DNA from: Zwartia vadi
Lineage (GTDB): Bacteria; Pseudomonadota; Gammaproteobacteria; Burkholderiales; Burkholderiaceae_B
Direction of reading: 5' to 3'
Length of the DNA: 12,392 nucleotides
Assembly (NCBI RefSeq): GCF_030410375.1
Contig: NZ_JAUHHE010000024.1
Span: forward strand, 1-12,392
Positions 6,576 to 11,891 of the stretch are shown piece by piece. Under the pieces are notes generated by a model, which saw only the letters and a list, made by a program, of their open reading frames with translations, was not told the origin of the DNA and made no database searches. The stretch's first letter is position 1, and every line of letters starts with the position of its first letter. The position numbers and the translations under genes were made by a program.

Positions 6576-6656
6576 AAAAAGCCCTACACGCAACGATCCC
6601 GCTATTTCGAATACACGAGCAGCTGGGACGATAAATAACAGCGTGTAGGGCTTTTT
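6576..6656. repeat. 16-bp perfect inverted repeat (AAAAAGCCCTACACGC ... GCGTGTAGGGCTTTTT) with a 49-nt spacer
   Basis: Arms are at 6576-6591 and 6641-6656. The A-run and T-run flanks give a bidirectional terminator look for CDS 6107-6556, but a 49-nt loop is atypically long. The loop contains TATTTCGAATACA, which resembles a collapsed form of the neighbouring 12-8-12 repeat arms. Confidence 0.6.
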
Positions 6657-6666
6657 ATTGTGTCTT

Positions 6667-6698
6667 TGTATTTCGTGGGATAAGAGCCACGAAATACA
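6667..6698. repeat. Perfect 12-8-12 inverted repeat (TGTATTTCGTGG-gataagag-CCACGAAATACA)
   Basis: Arms at 6667-6678 and 6687-6698 are separated by an 8-bp asymmetric spacer, about 180 bp upstream of the tyrosine recombinase start. This geometry matches simple tyrosine-recombinase core sites such as loxP and FRT, which are 13-8-13. Confidence 0.6.
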
Positions 6699-6880
6699 GC
6701 AGATTACAAAAAGTAATAGAAGTACGAAAAGCTTTGGTTCTGCACTTAAACAGCCGCTAAGTCATTGAATTCTGGAGAAAATCACACATGCTGGGTATCA
6801 ACAAGAAAAAGGTCGTCCAAAAAATAAAAAGAAATTACGCTTATTCCATAGCAATGCTTTGGTTAGGGAAAAAGCCCAAA

Positions 6881-7456
6881 ATGAGCAAACAAGCAAAGAC
6901 GTTAACGCCACAAGATTTACGCCGCGTACTGGATTACGTAGCAACCCGTCCACACGCAGCTCGCAATCGCGCAATTGTTTTGATTATGTATTACGCAGGA
7001 CTACGGGTAGGCGAAACCGCAAGCTTGAGGCTTGGAGATGTCGTGGATGCCGAAGGTAAGGTGCGCAGTGAGTTCGTCCTGCGACCAGACCAAACCAAAG
7101 GTCGCCAAAGTAGAACTGTGTTCATTAGTGAAAAACTCAAGCGAGAATTGACTGCCTATATTGCTGCTACTAAGACCCTGCACCCCAAGGACAAGTTGTT
7201 TTACACGCAAAAGAACATATGTGATGGCTTTAGTGCCAACACACTGACGCAGCATTTATTCTGGATGTATCGACGAGCTGGCATAGCGGGTGCATCCAGC
7301 CATTCCACTCGTCGCACCTTTATTACCAACTTGGCAGCACAAGGTATTTCAGTACGTGTATTGGCAAGTCTTGCGGGACATGCCAGCATAGCCACTACTC
7401 AAGCCTATATCGACGTTAATGACGATATGAAACGACGGGCAGTGGAATTGGTATAA
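6881..7456 (+). CDS. Short tyrosine recombinase (phage-integrase catalytic domain only, about 191 aa)
   Basis: The catalytic signature is complete: R in YYAGLRVGE, K in DQTKGRQSRTVFI, H-x-x-R in SHSTRRTF, H in LAGHASIATT, and the Y nucleophile in TQAYI. The protein begins directly at the catalytic-domain boundary (LTPQDLRRVLDY...RNRAIVLIMYYAGLR), so it has no N-terminal core-binding or arm-binding domain. I prefer the ATG at 6881; the ORF track starts at 6788. Confidence 0.85.
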   Translation: MSKQAKTLTPQDLRRVLDYVATRPHAARNRAIVLIMYYAGLRVGETASLRLGDVVDAEGKVRSEFVLRPDQTKGRQSRTVFISEKLKRELTAYIAATKTLHPKDKLFYTQKNICDGFSANTLTQHLFWMYRRAGIAGASSHSTRRTFITNLAAQGISVRVLASLAGHASIATTQAYIDVNDDMKRRAVELV

Positions 7457-7459
7457 AAA

Positions 7460-7489
7460 AACCTGCCAGTGCTTAAGGCACGGCAGGTT
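7460..7489 (-). terminator. Rho-independent terminator between convergent genes
   Basis: Structure is AACCTGCC(A)GTGC-TTAAG-GCACGGCAGGTT, a 12-bp stem with one bulge. An A-run at 7455-7461 becomes a U-tract on the minus strand, so it terminates CDS 7529-7849. It also sits 4 nt after the recombinase stop, but has no T-tract on the plus strand. Confidence 0.7.
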
Positions 7490-7528
7490 ATAAGAAGAGA
7501 GAACAGGTAATTTTTTTAGAAATCTTTG

Positions 7529-7849
7529 TTATGCGTGATGACTTTCTTCTTGTTCAAAATACAACTCGTGCAAACATTCATCACTGGTTTCGTCTGACTC
7601 TATACCAAAGTAATAAAACTCCAGTGCGTCACGATCTTGTGCGATGGTGAGCAAGATCATTTCGTCTTTGAGATTAAGGTCGCACTTGACCAGTTTCTTA
7701 TAAACCTTTCCTTCAGGTACATACGAGGTATGTGTCTTAACCACTCTGACAGAAATGTTTGGAAACTTTCTCTCAAGACGCTCCACCCAGTCTGATGCCA
7801 CTGGTTCTAAGGCATTTTTGATAGTGGATTCAAATTGTTTTGTTTTCAT
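7529..7849 (-). CDS. Hypothetical protein (106 aa), last gene of the AAA+ operon
   Basis: The ATG at 7849 (MKTKQFEST...) has AAGGAG about 8 nt upstream. The ORF-track start at 7879 would overlap the palindromic element. The C-terminus is acidic. I recognised no motif. Confidence 0.65.
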   Translation of the reverse strand: MKTKQFESTIKNALEPVASDWVERLERKFPNISVRVVKTHTSYVPEGKVYKKLVKCDLNLKDEMILLTIAQDRDALEFYYFGIESDETSDECLHELYFEQEESHHA

Positions 7850-7874
7850 AGCTTTTCTCCTTAAAGTGTTGAAC

Positions 7875-7903
7875 TTCAAGCGTCCCGTTACTGGACGCTT
7901 GAA
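7875..7903 (-). repeat. Intact copy of the palindromic element (11-bp stem TTCAAGCGTCC/GGACGCTTGAA, loop CGTTACT)
   Basis: It lies 12 nt downstream of the AAA+ gene stop (7916-7918) and upstream of the SD of CDS 7529-7849. The loop reads AGUAACG in the minus-sense transcript. Confidence 0.85.
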
Positions 7904-7915
7904 ATACCGCTTGAT

Positions 7916-8605
7916 TTAAGCGCCGTTAACCACGGTCAATTTCGGTTTAGTTGCTTGCCAAGGCGGCATAGGCTGACCAGTATTGTGAAGAAACAAAAGC
8001 TCGTCCAGCAATTCGAAATATTTGCGCAAATCCCCTGTGTGCTGTTTAGTCACCAAGTAATGAAGCACTTGAGCATCAGGCAATACAAGTCCTTCAGTAG
8101 CGAGTATTACTTGCGCACGTTTTACTACTGCTTGAGCAGACAGCGCGGGCATATTAATTTCCGTACAACGTGAGCGAATACTACGATGGACTTTCATGGG
8201 TTCATTTGTTGTGATAATGACCATGAGGCTACTGCCGCACTCATCCATGGCTGTCCAAAGCTTATGCGCAGGACCTTTGGACGTATCAAACTCGTTTAGC
8301 AGCACAAAGAACTTACCAGCCTCAGAAAAGCTGCTGAGCGCACATGCGTTCTTGAGATATTGGTTTAAGTCAGGCTTGGACAGCAACACATCATATTGCG
8401 TATCGTCGACCATGGCATCCACTCCCCCTATAGCTTGAATTAACAGATTTGCTATGGTGGTTTTGGCTGTCCCATTGGGACCCCACAGCAGTACGTGCCC
8501 GGTTAACTGTCCACTAGCTACGGCTTGAATACGATTCGCAGTAGCCTTATTGGGATAGATGATCTCGTTGAGGTTTTGAGGTGCGTATTTTTCTTTAACT
8601 TTCAT
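7916..8605 (-). CDS. Clamp-loader-like (RFC/DnaX/HolB-type) AAA+ protein with degenerate Walker motifs
   Basis: The N-terminal KYAPQNLNEIIY resembles RFC/DnaX KYRPxxLdeivG. The P-loop is LLWGPNGTAKTT, with Ala where GxxxxGK[ST] has Gly. Walker B is FFVLLNEFD, with Asn where hhhhDE has Asp. Sensor-1 is VIITTN, and an intact SRC motif is present (SIRSRC). AAGGAA lies upstream of the ATG at 8605. Confidence 0.8.
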   Translation of the reverse strand: MKVKEKYAPQNLNEIIYPNKATANRIQAVASGQLTGHVLLWGPNGTAKTTIANLLIQAIGGVDAMVDDTQYDVLLSKPDLNQYLKNACALSSFSEAGKFFVLLNEFDTSKGPAHKLWTAMDECGSSLMVIITTNEPMKVHRSIRSRCTEINMPALSAQAVVKRAQVILATEGLVLPDAQVLHYLVTKQHTGDLRKYFELLDELLFLHNTGQPMPPWQATKPKLTVVNGA

Positions 8606-8631
8606 GTTATTTCCTTAAATTTTCATAAATG

Positions 8632-8657
8632 AGTGCGGGAGGTACTCCCCCCGCACT
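8632..8657 (-). promoter_or_regulatory. GC-rich intercistronic stem-loop (AGTGCGGGAGG-TACT-CCCCCCGCACT)
   Basis: A stem of 8 plus 2 bp with one mismatch lies between the stop of CDS 8664-9452 and the SD of the AAA+ gene. It has no clean U-tract. Confidence 0.45.
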
Positions 8658-8663
8658 ACCGTC

Positions 8664-9452
8664 TTACGCAGCAACGGCTACCTGATTGACTGTGCTAACT
8701 GATCCAGACAACAAGTCCTGTAATTCTTTGTTGACTTGTGCGCTTTTATCGTTTGAGTCAAGGCGCTGACGAGCCATTCGCAACAACAGACCGTTGAACA
8801 AACCCTCAGTAATTTCAGAAAGAGCACCAATGATTGAGGTTGTGCCATCAGGATTAGGCTTTGCTAACAAAACGGCATAGTCACCGTGGAGTGGAAGCTC
8901 AAGCGTTGCTATTGGCGAAAGAATTGCTTGCTCGACGTCCAATTTGACGACTGTGTGAGCAGAAGCTAAGCGAGCAGCTTTATCTTTTGCCTCTTCGCTT
9001 TGAATCATCAAGCGCTTGATTTCTTCGATGCCACCGCATTCTGCGATCCATGCTGGAAGCTCAGCAGCGGTTTTTTTGTGTGACAACGCTGCCATCAAGA
9101 CATAGGCATAGCCGTGAGCACGTTTACGATCTGAGCCAAACACGAAACGCACAAACATATTGAGTGTCGAAGTGTTTTTTTGCACTTTGACGCCTGCGGT
9201 TTTGAGCAACGCAGTCAGCTCTGAACGCAGTGTTTTGCGATTGGACTCGCTTTCGTTGACAAATTTGTTTTCGAAGGTCTCCAAGCATTGCGCAAGCAAA
9301 GCGTACAAGCCGTCATTAGCTTTTTTGAAGTCAGTGCTTTCCCAGATTTTGCGCTTTGCAGCAAGACCGTCCAGTGTCTGGACGATTGAAGCTGCGTAAG
9401 CAAAGTTTTCTGTGGAGGGAGCGAAAACAGCAGGGGCGGATGATTTGGTCAT
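8664..9452 (-). CDS. Hypothetical protein (262 aa), first gene of the AAA+ operon
   Basis: The ATG at 9452 (MTKSSAPAVF...) has AAGGAG about 7 nt upstream; the ORF track starts at 9527. The protein looks mostly helical, with conserved-looking blocks (KIWESTDFKKANDGLYALLAQCLE, NMFVRFVFGSDRKRAHGYAYVLMAA, IAECGGIEEIKR). I cannot assign a family. Confidence 0.7.
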   Translation of the reverse strand: MTKSSAPAVFAPSTENFAYAASIVQTLDGLAAKRKIWESTDFKKANDGLYALLAQCLETFENKFVNESESNRKTLRSELTALLKTAGVKVQKNTSTLNMFVRFVFGSDRKRAHGYAYVLMAALSHKKTAAELPAWIAECGGIEEIKRLMIQSEEAKDKAARLASAHTVVKLDVEQAILSPIATLELPLHGDYAVLLAKPNPDGTTSIIGALSEITEGLFNGLLLRMARQRLDSNDKSAQVNKELQDLLSGSVSTVNQVAVAA

Positions 9453-9588
9453 GGATATCTCCTTAAGTAGACCTGTCAGCTTGGCGTGGCGGAATTGCCT
9501 GTTTGTGTTTGCTTCGCTGACAACCAAATCATGACTTGTTAACCGCTAATGATATGATTAAGTAATCACACTGTTAATAATATAAAAT

Positions 9589-10584
9589 ATGAATGAAAAC
9601 AATGAGTTAAATCCTGATGTGATGCCTCCACAGAAGGGATTGCCGCGATTCAGGTATCGCAGCCAAGAAGCAGAATTGGCTGATGCCAGGGTCAGCGTTA
9701 GACGCTGGTGGTGGGAGTATTTGCGCCTGAGCAAGGACTATTGGCTGGTATGCAAAACATCACGCAATCGCTTGCGTCCAGAAACCACGGATGAAGGATT
9801 AGCCAATATATTCAAGAAGTTCGGCAATGTTCACGACTGCACATTTGATGATTGGTGGCTGGATCGAGGGTCGCGGGTATTCCGTGAGCAACACGAGCCA
9901 CCCAAGGTCAAGGAAATCCAGCCTCACCCAGAAAATATTGCTCGTGTGCGTCAAGGCAAGATCTTGATTGAGATTCCCTTGGCACTGAGTCGTGTGACCA
10001 TACAGAGACAGATCAGCCGTATCCTGAAGAAGTATGAAGATCAACGTCCAAATAACAGGCTAGAGATCAGTAGGTCAGAGTTTCCCATCAATCCCGTGCG
10101 CTATCGCTTACATACCTTGCAAGTCATGCACGAGGTCTTTTGCCTACACAGGGAGTTAATCGATAAGCCCGCGGCGCTGAGAACTCTGGCTGGCAGTGTT
10201 GACGCCAGACGAGACTGGGCAAAAAAGTACGACCATCGTGCTGACCTCTACCGCATTGGTAAATTGCTGCGTATCAGTCCCAGCAATGAGCGGCTAACTG
10301 GTGAGCCAAGTGAAATCCGCGCCAAACAAAACCGTATGCGTGCCAGCGTGAGCCGTTTTCTTCGCCGCACTGAACAGTTAATCAGTAATGTTGAATATGG
10401 GAAATTTCCTGTGTTTACGCAGCATCAAAAGCCAGAGCAACGTTTCACACAAAGACAGTTGGAGCGACACAGAGAGTTGGAAGCAGATTGGTGGAGTTTG
10501 GATTTAACCAGTGAACTGACTGGTAATCGAGTGGAAGCGGCTAGGGGTTTGTATTACTCTGAGCAGGGAAATGACTTTGCTTAA
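9589..10584 (+). CDS. Trp/Arg-rich hypothetical protein (331 aa), possible regulator
   Basis: It is transcribed divergently from the AAA+ operon. The N-terminal motif RRWWWEYLRLSKDYW loosely resembles the WEFLRRNPxY motif of DUF6499-type ICE activator domains, at motif level only. It is basic and Arg-rich throughout. No SD precedes the ATG at 9589; TAATAT lies 5 nt upstream, so the transcript may be leaderless. Confidence 0.65.
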   Translation: MNENNELNPDVMPPQKGLPRFRYRSQEAELADARVSVRRWWWEYLRLSKDYWLVCKTSRNRLRPETTDEGLANIFKKFGNVHDCTFDDWWLDRGSRVFREQHEPPKVKEIQPHPENIARVRQGKILIEIPLALSRVTIQRQISRILKKYEDQRPNNRLEISRSEFPINPVRYRLHTLQVMHEVFCLHRELIDKPAALRTLAGSVDARRDWAKKYDHRADLYRIGKLLRISPSNERLTGEPSEIRAKQNRMRASVSRFLRRTEQLISNVEYGKFPVFTQHQKPEQRFTQRQLERHRELEADWWSLDLTSELTGNRVEAARGLYYSEQGNDFA

Positions 10585-10613
10585 ATCAAGCGTCCCGTAA
10601 CTGGACGCTTGAT
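10585..10613 (+). repeat. Intact copy of the palindromic element (11-bp stem ATCAAGCGTCC/GGACGCTTGAT, loop CGTAACT)
   Basis: It starts at the nucleotide immediately after the stop codon (10582-10584) of the plus-strand CDS. The loop carries GTAAC on the plus (sense) strand, which is a single-base flip relative to the copies that follow minus-strand genes. Confidence 0.85.
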
Positions 10614-10749
10614 CAATAACTGCTTAATAATTGCTTTTGGATTTAAAACCTGCCTCAAGCTATGGTGCTCATGATGTACATCCCAGACAATAATTTACAT
10701 ACTGTATGTGGCTTAAGAAGTACTGATATATTTCAATGAATCGACCTAT

Positions 10750-10775
10750 CCACGAAATGTATGTCAAAGATTTCG
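10750..10775. other. Second occurrence of the CCACGAAAT arm with an imperfect inverted partner (ATTTCG)
   Basis: CCACGAAAT at 10750-10758 is identical to 6687-6695. ATTTCG at 10770-10775 follows after an 11-nt spacer. A given 9-mer is expected about 0.1 times by chance in this window, counting both strands. Confidence 0.35.
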
Positions 10776-10782
10776 ATTGAGA

Positions 10783-11136
10783 TTATTTAGGATAGAAATC
10801 TTCAATCTTAAATTTATGAAGCGAATAAGTGTAATCAGGTAAAGGAACTTGTCGACCAAATGAATCGCAATCTTCTCCACCCGTATGAGGATCACTATCA
10901 TACTGAATTGCGTTCATCAAACAATCCTCAACACGCACTTCAAAACGCTCTTCATCTACGGTTTCACTATCGTTATCAAATCCATTATCAAAAAAGTCAT
11001 CACCACTATCTCCACCGTACCATTCAACATCATTGATATCAGACTCAGTGATGACATATTCCTTTTTGATTGGAGATCCATCAATCAAGCTAGGCAATGT
11101 GATCGTTACCGTCAAATAAGGCTCTTGTTTTTTCAT
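10783..11136 (-). CDS. Small, highly acidic hypothetical protein (117 aa)
   Basis: GAGGAG lies about 7 nt upstream of the ATG at 11136. Asp/Glu-rich stretches include DINDVEWYGGDSGDDFFDNGFDNDSETVDEERFE. There is no signal peptide. Confidence 0.65.
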   Translation of the reverse strand: MKKQEPYLTVTITLPSLIDGSPIKKEYVITESDINDVEWYGGDSGDDFFDNGFDNDSETVDEERFEVRVEDCLMNAIQYDSDPHTGGEDCDSFGRQVPLPDYTYSLHKFKIEDFYPK

Positions 11137-11177
11137 TTTGTGTCTCCTCAGTTGTCATATTTTTAAAATCATTTGAT

Positions 11178-11477
11178 CTATTGTGTAACCCTTGTTCCAG
11201 TCTTTCCCGTATAAGGATTCGTATTGGGCTTAGTAGACCAGTTGTTGGACTTGGATGAATCAGGTGTCGAGCGGCGTGCGGGAGCGACATAAGTGCCGTT
11301 CTGCTTGGTATAGCCACGGACACCTGTACTGGTTGCTTTTGATCCTGTACCGTAGCCAGAGGATGTGGATTTAGATGAATAGGATTTCGAGCTATAGCCG
11401 CTGGATTTTCTTGCATCAGCAACACTCGATAAAGTGATGGAAAACATCATTGCGATTGCTAACAGGATTTGCTTCAC
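11178..11477 (-). CDS. Secreted Ser/Gly/Lys-rich small protein (99 aa)
   Basis: It has a GTG start with GGAGAA upstream and a signal peptide MKQILLAIAMMFSITLSSVADA. A low-complexity S/G/K/Y region follows. The block VRGYTKQNGTYVAPARRSTPDSSKSNNWSTKPNTNPYTGKTG resembles a recurrent 'GY.RK.GTYV.PH.RS.PD...N.NPYTGK.G' motif of small secreted proteobacterial proteins, recalled from memory. Confidence 0.65.
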   Translation of the reverse strand: MKQILLAIAMMFSITLSSVADARKSSGYSSKSYSSKSTSSGYGTGSKATSTGVRGYTKQNGTYVAPARRSTPDSSKSNNWSTKPNTNPYTGKTGTRVTQ

Positions 11478-11509
11478 GTTTTCTCCACATTGAAGTCATG
11501 CTGTTTGCG

Positions 11510-11812
11510 CTAATTGTATGGCTGAGAGCAATACAGTTTTTTACTTCTCACCTGATTAATTGTCAAATTTCTTAATATATCTTTTAGGATTAGGGACATT
11601 TCCTTTGTCGACTGTCTATGCCAATCACCATTCTTGATGCGGTATCGGAATTGACACAGTGGGCTATCGGCACGACGAAACACAACTACATCACCGTCTC
11701 GTAACTGGACGCTTGTAGGTTGTGCGTATTGGAAGCGAAAGAGACGGTGGTGATTTTTGAGAGGTGAGGTGGCAGGGGCGAGATTGTGTAGGCGATCTCG
11801 TCTGCGGGACAT
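11510..11812 (-). pseudogene. Possible N-terminal remnant of a tyrosine integrase
   Basis: VVVFRRADSPLCQFRYRIKNGDWHRQSTKE resembles the N-terminal beta-hairpin segment common in island integrases (..RR..SP.WQ.R.....G.W.R.STG). The ORF ends after 100 aa with no catalytic domain. Its upstream part reads through a decayed palindromic-element copy, which argues that the annotated 5' part is not genuine coding sequence. Confidence 0.35.
11691..11716 (+). repeat. Decayed copy of the palindromic element (tcaCcgtcTcgtaactggacgcttgt)
   Basis: CGTAACTGGACGCTTG (11700-11715) matches the consensus loop and right arm exactly over 16 nt. The left arm carries a deletion and substitutions. Confidence 0.6.
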
Positions 11813-11891
11813 CAGGTGTTGGATATGGTTTTGCTCATATCGCTATTTTAATTTCTGATTTTATAGAGGTCGACCTGATTTTTAATTCTAA

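Noticed and set aside
6788-6880. 31-codon N-terminal extension of the tyrosine recombinase ORF
   Set aside because: The Lys-rich extension (MLGINKKKVVQKIKRNY...) has no SD and adds no recognisable DNA-binding domain. The start at 6881 is preferred but not certain; either way the protein lacks a core-binding domain.
254-10044. Antisense or overlapping ORFs from the six-frame track: 254-472, 718-957, 946-1143, 987-1271, 2705-2905, 2979-3164, 4430-4681, 4703-4888, 6233-6421, 6859-7059, 7001-7255, 7201-7395, 7955-8173, 8196-8438, 9160-9399, 9215-9403, 9799-10044
   Set aside because: Each is nested inside, or antisense to, a longer ORF that has recognisable motifs and/or a good SD. None has its own SD or any motif. 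The matching HEKKLD peptides in 2705-2905 and 4703-4888 merely mirror the paralogy of the His-rich genes on the opposite strand.
10697-10713. 13-bp palindrome ACATAC-T-GTATGT and the tandem AATAACTGCTT/AATAATTGCTT (10614-10635) in the 10614-10782 spacer
   Set aside because: These are short, AT-rich and unique in the window. They could be promoter or operator features or could be chance. There is not enough evidence to call either one.
10885-11425. ORFs 10885-11166 (+) and 11090-11425 (-), which overlap the acidic-protein and secreted-protein genes
   Set aside because: They are alternative frames of better-supported genes. 11178-11477 has an SD and a signal peptide, and 10783-11136 has an SD. 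These ORFs have no start-site support.
761-11716. The repeated palindromes as a CRISPR array or as integron attC sites
   Set aside because: The copies are kilobases apart with whole genes between them, and they occur in both orientations, so this is not a CRISPR array. attC sites are longer (about 57-140 bp), carry outer RYYYAAC/GTTRRRY cores, and occur in co-oriented cassette arrays next to an IntI-type integrase with its extra domain. None of that is seen here.
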